Assembly: GCA_018396535.1 (NCBI GenBank)
Contig: JAGTQC010000001.1
Span: 192,001-256,000 of the forward strand
Length of the DNA stretch: 64,000 bases
Source: Candidatus Bathyarchaeota archaeon
Lineage (GTDB): Archaea; Thermoproteota; CALKCG01; B24; DRYS01
Direction: 5' to 3'
The notes under the pieces were generated by a model that did not search any database, was not told where the DNA came from, and was given only the letters and a program-made list of their open reading frames with translations. The position numbers were made by a program, and so were the translations under genes. This document shows positions 27,809 through 38,875 of this stretch, in pieces. Numbering within the stretch: position 1 is the stretch's first letter; each line of letters starts with the position of its first letter.

Positions 27809-29911
27809 CTACATTATCGATAACGTTGTTGATACCTGATATATGAATCCTAGTATTACTGCTGGTCCTGTTGCTGCAGCCATACCTATAGCGAATGGCA
27901 TAGCTACATCCTCGTATAGCTTAGCTCCACCAATCCTCATAACAACTATTTTAGCAACATACGCTACCATGGACGGTACTAGTACATTAGGTATAAGCAT
28001 ACCGAAACCTAAAGCTACACCTCCAGGGTTGAGAGGAAACCATGGATACTTCGCATGTAGAGCATAGACTATAGATACTATCGCTGCACCTATAGAGAAT
28101 AGTATCCACTGTGAGGCTCTAGGTCCGCCGCCACCTAGAGAGCCTCTCCAATACTCCCCTACCTCTGTTATACATGCATACGTGGGTGCTCTCTGATAGT
28201 AGTTATGAGGAGCTCCGGTATAGTTGAACGCTGATAGATTTAACGCTCCGAAACTACACCAAAGAGGTAAGAATGCGAATGCGGCCACGGTAATACCTAC
28301 GATTATAGCTATCACCGTCGCGATCAGTATATGCTTAGAATGCAAACCTTCAAGAGATGCTATCTTGTAAGACTCTAGAAGAGTAGCGGCAGGTGCTGCT
28401 CTTATAACAGTAAAGTACCATGGATAATCGCTTCTCAATACAAGATACCTAGATTGTACATTCCTTATGAAGAATGGTGACATAGGATCTGCGACAAACC
28501 ACTGCCTAAACGTATAAGTCCAGTTATGAGCCCAATAATTATCGTTCATGAAATCCAAGACTAATCCATACTCACCTGCAACTCTAGCTCTACACATAAG
28601 CCATAAAGCATACATGATATAATTTATAAACCCCCATACAACTGGTAGATTCCCTAAACTCGCATACCACCATAAAGCAACAGAGATGGTCATGAAGAAT
28701 ATTAAAGCTAGTAACTGCCAACGATATCTTAAAGGCTCCCTCGCCTCGATCTCAGATGGTGCTCTTCCTAGAAGAGCCTTTACACTATTCACGAGTTCTC
28801 CTCTAAAAGATATGAAGATAGGCGCGAATATTATAGCATACGCTGCACCAAAGCTTATGAAAGATACCGCACCCCATGTGAGAACCCATCTTTGCATATT
28901 AGGACCCATCCAACCGCGAAACATATTCGAATGCTGATAGCCTAGGCCAGATGTACCAGCACTCTGAGGCTCCCAGTATCCTAGCCAAGACATCATAGGC
29001 CACCAAACCCAGAAGAACACTACTGAAGTGACTATGTAGCTGAATAGCGTCTTTACAGGAACTAGGAATGCTGCTCCAATCCAGAAAGCTTCGAAATTAA
29101 AGCTCATAGGAGCACATGGAACTATTACATACGGCGTTAGATCTATACCTAAACTACCAGGATACATCATAGATACTGTTAGTCCTAGTCCTGGTAGTGT
29201 CCATGCCCAGTATGGGTATATTGCTAGGAATCCTATTAGTAATCCTAGCCATAGCCATACGTTTTGGAATAGTCTTGTTCCTCCATCAACCTTCTCATAA
29301 GCCATATCTATAAGCTTAGCAGCTGCAGTAGCATGTGGGAATGGCAGTGCTTCTATATCTATCCACTGCCTCCTCCATAGTGTTGCGAAGAATGCGAACA
29401 TAAGATAGTATGGTATTAATCTAGCTGTATGGAATAGTAGTGCAGGCATCCACTCAGCCCATGGTACTGGTCCACCATACATCCAAGACTCCCATAGCTT
29501 ATCGTTGAACGGATCGGGGCCCCACTGCCAATGAGCAGGTTTAAGATACTCTAGATTCCATCGGTGGAAGGCTGGAATCTGACGAGCAGTACCCATCATA
29601 GTAAATATCTCTAATATACCGTGTTGACTTGGTATAAGCCATGAAACCCATATCATAGATAATATGATTACAAGCTCATGCTTCGATACACCAACCCTAG
29701 ATAGTAGAGTCCCGAGGACAGAGATAACGAGAGGCCAAAACAATACGAAACTCATATTAGCTGGCCAAGCGTTTATCCATGAATCACCTGTCAACCCCCA
29801 AAGGGTTCCTCCTACTGTAAACAACGCTACGAACTCCATTAAGACTACTATGATAGCTGTTAGGAGCGCACCAGCAAGGTAGATGATGGGACGTACTCGA
29901 GCTTCTTCCAT
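27809..29911 (-). CDS. Polytopic membrane protein, DUF6785/DUF6784 (OPT-like peptide transporter) family
   Basis: Many TM helices; VPWAEW, RRQWIDIEALPFP, RVAGE.G, PWFPLNPGG, K.VVMRIGG.KLY...PFAIG. Confidence 0.8.
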   Translation of the reverse strand: MEEARVRPIIYLAGALLTAIIVVLMEFVALFTVGGTLWGLTGDSWINAWPANMSFVLFWPLVISVLGTLLSRVGVSKHELVIILSMIWVSWLIPSQHGILEIFTMMGTARQIPAFHRWNLEYLKPAHWQWGPDPFNDKLWESWMYGGPVPWAEWMPALLFHTARLIPYYLMFAFFATLWRRQWIDIEALPFPHATAAAKLIDMAYEKVDGGTRLFQNVWLWLGLLIGFLAIYPYWAWTLPGLGLTVSMMYPGSLGIDLTPYVIVPCAPMSFNFEAFWIGAAFLVPVKTLFSYIVTSVVFFWVWWPMMSWLGYWEPQSAGTSGLGYQHSNMFRGWMGPNMQRWVLTWGAVSFISFGAAYAIIFAPIFISFRGELVNSVKALLGRAPSEIEAREPLRYRWQLLALIFFMTISVALWWYASLGNLPVVWGFINYIMYALWLMCRARVAGEYGLVLDFMNDNYWAHNWTYTFRQWFVADPMSPFFIRNVQSRYLVLRSDYPWYFTVIRAAPAATLLESYKIASLEGLHSKHILIATVIAIIVGITVAAFAFLPLWCSFGALNLSAFNYTGAPHNYYQRAPTYACITEVGEYWRGSLGGGGPRASQWILFSIGAAIVSIVYALHAKYPWFPLNPGGVALGFGMLIPNVLVPSMVAYVAKIVVMRIGGAKLYEDVAMPFAIGMAAATGPAVILGFIYQVSTTLSIM

Positions 29912-30169
29912 CCCATGGATAACCTTGTTACTTGAATATTTAAATCTTTCGGTATATATAAAAAAGTAATTTTTGAAACTCTACCTATTTCTAATAACAT
30001 TCTAAGTTATATTACAATTCATGCGTCATCTTCTAATATAGTATAGTATAAAAGAGCAACATATAGGTTATAAAAGTTGTCAAAGAATATAAAGAGACAT
30101 AATAACTATAAGTATAGAAAAGAGAGATAGATGAGATCGATATCGCTCATTATAGCTATGGTTTTTGCT

Positions 30170-30278
30170 GCGTCCCAGAAGCCTAGGTAGGTCATTAGCG
30201 GAAACCAGACCTAATGCACTGCTATGGATGCTATGATAAAACTGAATAACGTTTTAACTAGGTATAAGAAATGCAGCT
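30170..30278 (-). pseudogene. Decayed fragment of a paralog of the adjacent DUF6785 membrane protein
   Basis: Reads AAFLIP(+1 fs)VKTLFSFIIASIAVH*VWFPLMTYLGFWD versus AAFLVPVKTLFSYIVTSVVFFWVWWPMMSWLGYWE in the intact gene (28971-29077). Confidence 0.85.
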
Positions 30279-30482
30279 CTTAGAGGTGGATTTATACTGG
30301 AGCCTACAGCGACACCACTACCTGATACCCCTATCGGAAATATACTAACTTTCATAAAAACTGGGAGAATTAACGGACGATACCAACTCTAAATTATTAA
30401 TGGAATATTAGTATATCTGCTACGTTTTAAAAGCATACAGATTATATTGTAAGCTATTTTATCGATAAATTTAAGATTTCTC

Positions 30483-31256
30483 CTATTTCATCTCCGATAC
30501 GATCTTCTCTATGAAGCTCGAATCCTCTCTTGTAGGCTCTGCTATCCCGATCATATCTGCTCCGAGTTGGAATGTTTTTCTAGCCGCTTCTACGCTCCAT
30601 ATATATCCGCTTACGAGTATGAATTCACTTGGATATTTTCTCTTCAACTCCTCTAGGAAGCTATAATCTGGCTTACCGTTTACACCTCTTATATTGAAGT
30701 GTACTCCAACTAGGTCTAGATTCTCTATATAATCCATTATAGGGCTATAATCAGGTATAACCCTAGCTCTGAACTTAGCTATAACAGGTTTATCAATATT
30801 GGCGAATGCATCAAGCCATCTAAATAGCTCGCTTCTATTCTCTGGTAGGACCATAGCTCTAAGTTTACCAATCCTGTAATATGGCTCGTATGTACCGTGA
30901 AAGTTTAGCTCGACTATATCTCCTCCAGCTTCGTAGAAGTATTCTGCAGCCTCTAACCCCCATTCAAGCTTAGGTGTAGCTAGATTCAAGCATACATATA
31001 TATCGCCTAGTAAGCTTCTAACCTTAGAGCACTCGTTTCTAAAGAAGTCTATGCATGCCGCCCTATCCGAGGGTAACACTGGTAGTCTATGTATACTGAG
31101 GCCATAGGCGGGAGGTTCGGCTAGATATGCACCTAACTGAACCATAATACATCCTTTACCTCTACTAGCACAGAAAGCTCCATCGGTTATGCCACCCATA
31201 GATGATAGGAAGAATCCGCCTTTAAGCCTACTCTTTAAACCACTCCATCTAGACAT
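30483..31256 (-). CDS. FMN-linked TIM-barrel protein, dihydrouridine-synthase-like (MJ0144-like)
   Basis: LSSMGGITDG, ELNFH, KFRA, GADMIGIA; likely start ATG at 31256 (ORF track gives 31373, overlapping the upstream gene). Confidence 0.7.
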   Translation of the reverse strand: MSRWSGLKSRLKGGFFLSSMGGITDGAFCASRGKGCIMVQLGAYLAEPPAYGLSIHRLPVLPSDRAACIDFFRNECSKVRSLLGDIYVCLNLATPKLEWGLEAAEYFYEAGGDIVELNFHGTYEPYYRIGKLRAMVLPENRSELFRWLDAFANIDKPVIAKFRARVIPDYSPIMDYIENLDLVGVHFNIRGVNGKPDYSFLEELKRKYPSEFILVSGYIWSVEAARKTFQLGADMIGIAEPTREDSSFIEKIVSEMK

Positions 31257-31278
31257 ATACCCCACCTTTATGGCAAGA

Positions 31279-31803
31279 CTATTCTTTCTTATACAGCCTC
31301 CTCGCCATCCTGTATTCCTCGCTAAATTTAGATAACTCATCGAAAACCGATGGATCCTTAGATAGCAGTTCATCTACTAAACTCAGGTATCTAGCAACCC
31401 TTACAGCATCGGGATTTATCTTCTTAAGCTTTCCACCTGATAGGACGTAATGCTCCCTATCCATCCTCTCGCCAAGTATATACTCTGCTTCGTTAACGCT
31501 AGCATGTAACGTAAAGCAATGTGGACTTCCATCGACAGTAACTACGACAAGCTTCCTAGGCTTAGAAGATCTAAATATGCTAGCTATTTTCCCATAATAC
31601 GTAGCCCCCTCCTTTTCAGGACAGACTAGAAGTATAATCTTACCCTTAGATAACTCATCGAAAACCATCGGATCTACAAGAGGTAGACATGCAGAGGATA
31701 ACATTACCTCCGAATCTCTGAGTATAGGTGTTTTAACCCATACACTTAGAAGCCATGGATAACATACTTCACCAACATGTCGAATCGGACTTATACAACC
31801 CAT
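31279..31803 (-). CDS. Cys-rich Fe-S-associated conserved protein
   Basis: GC, AC, CP.K, SPHC motifs. Confidence 0.65.
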   Translation of the reverse strand: MGCISPIRHVGEVCYPWLLSVWVKTPILRDSEVMLSSACLPLVDPMVFDELSKGKIILLVCPEKEGATYYGKIASIFRSSKPRKLVVVTVDGSPHCFTLHASVNEAEYILGERMDREHYVLSGGKLKKINPDAVRVARYLSLVDELLSKDPSVFDELSKFSEEYRMARRLYKKE

Positions 31804-31944
31804 AGATACATCCCTCTCTTACACCTACGATAATACACCAGCTCTAGTTAACTTTTCCACCATCAATCACCATACTTATTTTACGCTTAGGGAACCGATT
31901 ATGCTTCAGATACATTTAAACTCTTCTTGGATCTCTAATAATCT

Positions 31945-33118
31945 ATGAGATGCTATATCATAAACATACGTTATCGATGGGGCAAATCTATACTAATGAT
32001 TGTATCGCTGATTCTATCACTATCATCCATATGTACGTATATACTATACGCTAACCCTGTACCATCCCCGATAGCTCCGCTACTGAGCGAAGATATCCAT
32101 ATAACTATATGGGTTGAAGGCAAATCTCACATAACTTACGTTACTAGATTATACGAATTAGGTGAGCTAATTGGATCAGATAATACTCTAACATTAAGAT
32201 TCCCTATACCTAATAATTCATGGGATAGATCCATCTATATAGATAGTGGACAGATGTTTTTCAACAGAGTTACCGAAGCATATACTTGTAAACTTATGGA
32301 AGTCTCGTTCGATATTTTAGAATCGACCATCAGTAGAGGGGAGCATAACATGGAGGTAAGATATACGCATAGACTAATAGATCTAGGTAACAGTACACAT
32401 CTACTCATATATCCTATAGGTTCATCCAGGCTTGCACTTAACGCAACTCATACTAAAGGCTGCTGCTACGATGTAAATATTGAAACAATACCACCTCTAG
32501 GATCAGATATTAGCTTCGAAGTTTTAAAGAAGGTAATTAATCCCAACTCTATCCATCTCAACGTATACCTGGATGAAGCCTTCTCTCGATTATTCAAAAT
32601 TCAAACTGGAAGGCATACTGAGATTAGAGAATATGCTTGACGATCTTTATATAAGGCTTGCATCTAAATCAGAAGGATGGATGCTATATAAGCCTAAAAT
32701 GGAGGAGATACGTGAATATAAGGTTTCCACCTATGATAAATATATAAATGCTACCGTGAAATTCATTCTTAAACACTCAGGCTTTAAGATAGAACCTAGA
32801 TATAAGGCATTAAACGGTTATGTACGCTTCGACTTCTACGTATATGAATGGGCAGGTATGGCACTACCGGTATTAACGGAGAAAATATGTAGCCTAATTA
32901 CAGAGCCTTTAGATCCTGGAGGATACTTAGTACAGATATTCGTATCGAATGTAGAAGTGGCATCAGTAGAGGTGGCAATACTAGATAATGAAAGAAGCCA
33001 CCAATCAAACCAGATAGATTCTTTACAAGCGATGTTGAATTCAGCTTTCATAGGAGTAATCCTACTGCTACTATCAGTAATTGTGGTAGCAGAGATATAT
33101 CGATGTATAAAACCATAG
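31945..33118 (+). pseudogene. Probable single secreted, C-terminally anchored protein split by a +1 frameshift (ORFs 31945-32640 and 32573-33118)
   Basis: ORF1 has a signal peptide + NPVP but no anchor; ORF2 has a C-terminal TM but no signal; second frame is open from 32537; 68-bp overlap. Confidence 0.55.
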
Positions 33119-33480
33119 AATACAAAACTTTCCAAGGAATAACCGTTCATTTTAAAGTTATCCCTACAAGATTAAGACTAAGCTTATCTCTCTATCCATC
33201 TTCACCCTCTTAAGTTCCATATAATCATACAGCGATATTCAAAAACTTATTGTATAAAACTATACAACATTCGTATAACGAATTGATAGCCCATATTCAC
33301 TACTATATACGCGGATCTACATTAACTGGGGGGTTATATAGATAGCTAGGGTAGATGCCAGACCATGTGTATCCATTTAGGGATATCGATAAATCTCGAA
33401 TCGAGACGCCTATAAGTTTTACTCAATTCTTGAAGGCTTAATTAACTCTATATGTGTGTTTAAGATAAATACTTATAGAC

Positions 33481-34380
33481 ATGAGTCTAGCAGAAGGCAT
33501 GGTTGAAGGGTTTAAAGTAGTATTTGCATCATTCGACGATATAATCCTAGGTATAGCTACAGAGATAGGCCCTAGGATACTTTACCTAGGTCTTAGGGGT
33601 AAGCCTGGTTTTAACCTATTCGGAGTGCTACCAGGTATCGGTAGGGAGACTCCTGAAGGTTTTTGGAAGATCTACGGAGGACATAGACTATGGGTATCTC
33701 CTGAAGCTCTACCCAGATCTTACTCGCTCGATGATAAACCTGTGAAGGTGGAATCTACAGATGGTGAAATTGGAATATATGGTAATCCTGAACCTGAGAA
33801 TTCTGTTAGAAAAAGCATACGTTTAAGAAAGGCTAATGGAAAAGTAGAGGTTACCCATATCATAGAGAATATAGGTAGATGGCCTATAAAACTGAGCTGC
33901 TGGGCTCTATCCGTTATGAGGAAGGGGGGGTTTGCGATACTACCTATAGAGCCGTGTAGGGTTGATAAGGAAGGGCTCTTACCAGATAGGAGGATATCCC
34001 TCTGGCCTTATACACATTTAACAGATAGTAGACTAATACTATCTGATAGATACGTGTTCGTTAAGCAGGATCCTACCATAGAGAAACCGTTTAAAATCGG
34101 TGTAAAAGCGAATCCTACATGGATAGCATACTGGGTTGAGGGTTATGTCTTCGTAAAGAGTTTTAAGTATGAAGAGGGTGAGTACCCAGATTACGGATGT
34201 AACGCTGAGGTGTATACTAATGCCGATATGCTTGAACTTGAAACTCTAAGTCCTCTAAGGTATATAGATCCATCAGAAGTGGCTGAGCATAAGGAGGTTT
34301 GGCATATATTCGAGGTAGGTTATGTAAAGCCTGAAGCAGAAGATGTGGATAGGAAGATCGCTAGGATTCTATCCATATAG
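33481..34380 (+). CDS. Galactose-mutarotase-like/DUF4380-type protein
   Basis: GPRIL, YGGHRLWVSPE, YPDYGCNAEVY, ELETLSPL, H.E.W. Confidence 0.75.
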   Translation: MSLAEGMVEGFKVVFASFDDIILGIATEIGPRILYLGLRGKPGFNLFGVLPGIGRETPEGFWKIYGGHRLWVSPEALPRSYSLDDKPVKVESTDGEIGIYGNPEPENSVRKSIRLRKANGKVEVTHIIENIGRWPIKLSCWALSVMRKGGFAILPIEPCRVDKEGLLPDRRISLWPYTHLTDSRLILSDRYVFVKQDPTIEKPFKIGVKANPTWIAYWVEGYVFVKSFKYEEGEYPDYGCNAEVYTNADMLELETLSPLRYIDPSEVAEHKEVWHIFEVGYVKPEAEDVDRKIARILSI

Positions 34381-34443
34381 GTGTAGGTAAACGATACCCT
34401 TCTACCCTTATTAGTTACAACTTCGAAATATAGATGGTAGGAT

Positions 34444-35181
34444 ATGCGTATAACATTCATAGGATCTGGCGGATCTAAGGTTACTAAAAGAAGATGCTGC
34501 TCATCTATATTGATCGATGAAGATACGTTGATCGATTGCGGCCCAGGATCTATAAGGAATCTACGATTCATAGATAAAGATCTACTATCCATAGATAGGA
34601 TACTCGTATCGCATATGCATGCGGATCATATAGCAGACTTGATACCGATCCTATGGGCTATGCAGCTTGACGGACGGAGTAGAAGTCTTACCCTCATTGG
34701 GCCTAAAGGTTTGAAATCAATCGTAGATAGACTTCTAGAACTCCTAGGAACACCTACCAGCTTCATAGAATATCCTATATCCTATATAGAGCTTGATGGA
34801 GGAGAGAAGCTTGAAGATTTATCTACACGTAGAGTTGAGCATAGTATACATACGATAGCTTATAGATTAGATGTAGAGGGTAAAAGTATATGTTATAGCG
34901 GAGATACTAGACCCTGTAAAAGCTTGGTAGATCTAGCATATAGAGCAGATGTACTTATACACGAAGCATCATTCCCTATACTATACGCGGATATCGCTAT
35001 CAAGACAGGGCATTCAACCAGTATGGAAGCCGGTATGATTGCAAGCAAAGCCTCGGTTGGAAAACTAATATTATTCCATATATCTGTCGAGGAATATGAG
35101 GATACTATCGTAAGCGAAGCTGAATCAGTATTTAGTGGCGATATAATCGTAGCAGAGGATTTCCTTTCAATTGAAGTCTAA
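34444..35181 (+). CDS. MBL-fold hydrolase, RNase Z/BN-like
   Basis: DCGPG, SHMHADH, YSGDT, HEAS, GHST, LFH. Confidence 0.88.
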   Translation: MRITFIGSGGSKVTKRRCCSSILIDEDTLIDCGPGSIRNLRFIDKDLLSIDRILVSHMHADHIADLIPILWAMQLDGRSRSLTLIGPKGLKSIVDRLLELLGTPTSFIEYPISYIELDGGEKLEDLSTRRVEHSIHTIAYRLDVEGKSICYSGDTRPCKSLVDLAYRADVLIHEASFPILYADIAIKTGHSTSMEAGMIASKASVGKLILFHISVEEYEDTIVSEAESVFSGDIIVAEDFLSIEV

Positions 35182-35261
35182 TCTATATATCACTATATAT
35201 CAGTCATTATCGGTATATTGTAAAATTTATTTTACAATCCCTTACAATATTCATATACGTC

Positions 35262-36128
35262 ATGGATAGGTTTAAGAGCAAGACAAGTGTAGAAAGAATG
35301 GCTTTAATCGCTATATCTGCTTCCCTATACGCAGCAGCTATAGCTGTTACATCACCTATACCTACACCCTGGGGAATAGGCCATTTCAGACCAGGTGTAA
35401 TCGTACCTGCATTATTCGCTCTAATCTCAACCCCTATGGTTGCAGGTATGGGTGCAGCTATAGGTACATTCATAGGTAGCTTCATACTATCTCTATTCGG
35501 TCTAAGTAACCCTGTACTAAGCCTAGTATCAGGTGTACCAGGTAATTTCATAGCGTTCTACCTTCTAAGCTTTCTATCATATAGATATAGATCCCTAGCT
35601 GCATTCATAGCTTCAAGCCTAATATCACTATTCATAGGTAATATTATCGCAGCTTCAGGAGTACTATTATACTATTCTACAGTAACCCCATTATGGTTAT
35701 CATGGACTATAGAAGCTAAGCTATCCGTAATCATAGGTTTAACGCTATTCTGGGTTACGACCATGCTACCATTCGTAGTAACGTTAACACCGGTGATAGC
35801 TGGAGCTTTAAACCCGATCATATCTAACCTAAATTCGAGTATGCTTAGGAGGGTAGAGTTTACAAAGATAGGTAGTGGATCTAGAACGATATACTCTTCA
35901 CTAATAGTAGCTCTTATACTAATTTTGGTCTACATTACAGCAACTCTAACGCCTATAGGTGACATACTATTTGCTAAGGTTATTAAACCAGAGTATACTC
36001 CATGGGTTAAAACCTTAATACTAATCTCAGGACTAGTAACCCTAGTCTTCGGTATAGCAGTATCGGTAATGTTGAAAATTGAAAGTAAGATAAATAGTAG
36101 CAGTATACGTACATATACGGATAGCTAA
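35262..36128 (+). CDS. ECF transporter S-component-like membrane protein
   Basis: ALIAISASLY, FRPGVIVPA, GAAIGTFIG; multiple TM helices. Confidence 0.75.
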   Translation: MDRFKSKTSVERMALIAISASLYAAAIAVTSPIPTPWGIGHFRPGVIVPALFALISTPMVAGMGAAIGTFIGSFILSLFGLSNPVLSLVSGVPGNFIAFYLLSFLSYRYRSLAAFIASSLISLFIGNIIAASGVLLYYSTVTPLWLSWTIEAKLSVIIGLTLFWVTTMLPFVVTLTPVIAGALNPIISNLNSSMLRRVEFTKIGSGSRTIYSSLIVALILILVYITATLTPIGDILFAKVIKPEYTPWVKTLILISGLVTLVFGIAVSVMLKIESKINSSSIRTYTDS

Positions 36129-36152
36129 GGATAGCCTATCCATCCTCTAATA

Positions 36153-36702
36153 TCATATCCTCATACTCTTCTCTATCTCCATCTGCATTATCGAAGCTGT
36201 AAATGGGCCTAAACCTATACTCTCCTCATACTTACCTGGAGTCCAGTTATCTTCAGGTATTATATAGCCGATCTCATCGTTTCCGAGATAAGTTATGACC
36301 TTACATCTACAATCCATCACGCTTCTCACCTCCACACCAATTCTAGCGATACAAACTTCCGTTACCACCACTCCATTCACGATCGAACGTCTTACAAGAC
36401 CCCTTCTCATAGCCTCGAGGGGTATAGGATTCTCTAAGGGTATGGTTAACTCTCTATAAGCTATATCGATCCTAGCATCCTCGATTATCTATCCGTACCT
36501 TAAACATTCTAAAGCATACCTAACTAGTTTAACCCTGATACGTTCAGCTTCATAAAAGCTTCTAGCTTCGACATCAGGTGTTAGCATACCTCCTAGAGGA
36601 CCATTCACGAATACAGTTACACCGCCTATAGCATCTTCTATACTCGATCTAAGATAGTGCATGTAATCCGATGTTAAAAGCCTATCCTCGCTAGATAATA
36701 CT
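36153..36702 (-). pseudogene. Truncated ceramidase-like amidohydrolase pseudogene
   Basis: VLSSEDRLLTSDYMHYLRSSIEDAIGGVTVFVNGPLGG...YG*IIED...GNDEIGYIIP...KYEES; in-frame TAG at 36489-36491; N-terminal half and PGE segment missing; aligns to the 8186-9415 product. Confidence 0.75.
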
Positions 36703-36835
36703 TTATATGGTAACTATGGTATACATATATCCATCGTAGAATCTTGATATATATAGATAGCGATCAACTAACCCTCTATCAAGGCTATTCTTCACTATTC
36801 ACTATATCTAACCCCTTATGATTGAAAGTTTGAAT

Positions 36836-37201
36836 TTACCTTATGGATACTAAGCATTCTAGTATTCTTCTAACATCTAGATCATCCCTCAAATATATCC
36901 CTATCTTAGATGCTTCCACAGCTAACGGATCTCTCCTACGAATTAGCCTAGTAAGCTCGTTGATCGTTAAAGGTATTACCTCGAAGCCTGGTGGGTAATC
37001 TATAGCTTTAAGCCTTTCTAAAGGATTACCGGTAAACTCTGATATAAGTAGTATATCTACATCGCTCCATAGATTAAAATCGCCTCTAGCATAGGATCCT
37101 ATCAGGATCACGGTAGCTCTAAACTTTAAGCTATCAGCCCAATTCTTAGCTATCCTTATAACCCCTTCCCTCAACCTCCTCCTCTCTTCAAATACCTCCA
37201 T
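36836..37201 (-). CDS. Minimal nucleotidyltransferase (MNT) antitoxin
   Basis: GSYARGD...SDVDIL motif; overlaps the HEPN gene. Confidence 0.92.
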   Translation of the reverse strand: MEVFEERRRLREGVIRIAKNWADSLKFRATVILIGSYARGDFNLWSDVDILLISEFTGNPLERLKAIDYPPGFEVIPLTINELTRLIRRRDPLAVEASKIGIYLRDDLDVRRILECLVSIR

Positions 37202-37602
37202 ATGTCCTCAACCCACGAGATGACACGACTAGAATAACCGATAGCGTTAGTAGCATCTAGCTTAGTATAGTATTCATAAGGCATACCTTCAGCCCACGCA
37301 TTAGGATACCTAGTAGGTACATAGTACTTATCCAACGTCTTAGCATACTCTATAACATCATTTGGAATCGAAATACCTAGAGATCCAACATTCACTAACA
37401 GCTTCGATACACTATGACCGTAAGCTGGTGAACCGATACCATATAGTAATGCTTTAACAGCAAACTCAGCAGCTTGCTGAGCTTTAAAACAAGCCCAGTT
37501 ATAATCCCCCCTATCCATATCACCGCAAGCAGATTCTAGAGTCTTCTTAGCAGTAGATATCCATCTAAGATACTCACTATCATCGAGCATATTTATATCC
37601 AC
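37171..37602 (-). CDS. HEPN domain protein (HEPN-MNT toxin-antitoxin pair)
   Basis: YNWACFKAQQAAEFAVKA, GHS, LDKYYVPTRYP. Confidence 0.92.
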   Translation of the reverse strand: MDINMLDDSEYLRWISTAKKTLESACGDMDRGDYNWACFKAQQAAEFAVKALLYGIGSPAYGHSVSKLLVNVGSLGISIPNDVIEYAKTLDKYYVPTRYPNAWAEGMPYEYYTKLDATNAIGYSSRVISWVEDIWRYLKRGGG

Positions 37603-37729
37603 TAATTAAATACCGATTAGCTTCCTAATTAAAACATTCTACGACCGTTAAATCTTTACGCCGAATAACCTTTCAAACATAGCATCTCTGAATCGTAACT
37701 ACTAGAGAAGGAGATAGTATAATTAGTTA

Positions 37730-38866
37730 GTGTGTTCTCTATTATGTTTTAAAGCTATGTATTCTACCCCGTATGAAGATATATTAGCTATATTCGAGAG
37801 GAGGGATAGCGGAGTTCCATGGAATATAAGGCATGAATTCTGGTACTACTATAACCTTGCTAGAGGCGTTCTACCAGATAAGTATCGAGGTATGAGTTTA
37901 ATCGATGTATGTATAGAGTGGGGCGCTAGCTGGAGATGCTACTCCGGATATTTTACAGATAGCTTTGTCAGAGTATCGTATACTGGGGATGTGCATATCG
38001 AGAGGATTGTGAATGACAGGATTATTATAACATTATTCAGTACACCTAGAGGTGTATTGAAGCAGATATCTTTAAGGGATGAATATGGGTTGACATCTAG
38101 AATTATAGAATACCCGGTTAAGAGCTTAGACGATTTTAAACCTTTAGAGTATATCCTCGAGAATACGAGGGTTTTATTCGATATCGAAACCTACCACAGG
38201 ATGGAGAAGAATATCAGAGGTCAAGGCATAGTCTCATATTTCTTCCCTAGATCACCCTATCAGAGACTCATACTAGAGTATATGGGTTTTGAAAGAACAG
38301 TACGATTCCTATCTAGGTATAGGAGCGATGTAGAGGGGTTCATGGAAGTTATCCGTTCATCCGATCAAATATTCTACGATGTAATAGCTAGTACTCCTAT
38401 CAAGATACTTAACCTAGGTGAGAACATAGATGTAAGGATGACTCCTCCTAGGATATTCGAGAAATACTGTCTACCATACTATCAGGAGAGGGTTGAATAT
38501 CTACATCGACGAGGCAAGTATGTACATATACACGTAGATGGGTATGCTAAACAGCTACTACCACTTCTAAGAGGGTCAGGTTTAGATGGCGTAGAAGCTT
38601 TAACGGTAAAGCCTGTAGGAGATATGACTTTGGAAGATATCGAGAAGTATCTTGGAGATGAGATTATTATACTCGATGGTATACCATACATATACTTCAT
38701 ACCAGAAGCGGTAAGCCTAGATAAATTTGAAGAGTTCGTGAAGAGAATAATATCCATGTTTAGAGGCAGGTTGATACTAGGGGTATCTGATGAACTACCA
38801 CCCTCAGCAGATACATCTAGGGTGAGAAGGGTATCGGAGATCATAGATATGATGCTGAGAAGCTAG
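37730..38866 (+). CDS. URO-D/MtaA-CmuA superfamily protein
   Basis: TPRG.L, EYPVKS.DD, P..FEKY.LPYY, HVDG, ILGVSDELPP; start probably the ATG at 37757. Confidence 0.82.
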   Translation: MCSLLCFKAMYSTPYEDILAIFERRDSGVPWNIRHEFWYYYNLARGVLPDKYRGMSLIDVCIEWGASWRCYSGYFTDSFVRVSYTGDVHIERIVNDRIIITLFSTPRGVLKQISLRDEYGLTSRIIEYPVKSLDDFKPLEYILENTRVLFDIETYHRMEKNIRGQGIVSYFFPRSPYQRLILEYMGFERTVRFLSRYRSDVEGFMEVIRSSDQIFYDVIASTPIKILNLGENIDVRMTPPRIFEKYCLPYYQERVEYLHRRGKYVHIHVDGYAKQLLPLLRGSGLDGVEALTVKPVGDMTLEDIEKYLGDEIIILDGIPYIYFIPEAVSLDKFEEFVKRIISMFRGRLILGVSDELPPSADTSRVRRVSEIIDMMLRS

Positions 38867-38875
38867 AATTCAACA

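Noticed and set aside
32522-32533. T TTA AAG slippery heptamer as a programmed -1 frameshift
   Set aside because: Joining the two ORFs needs +1, not -1
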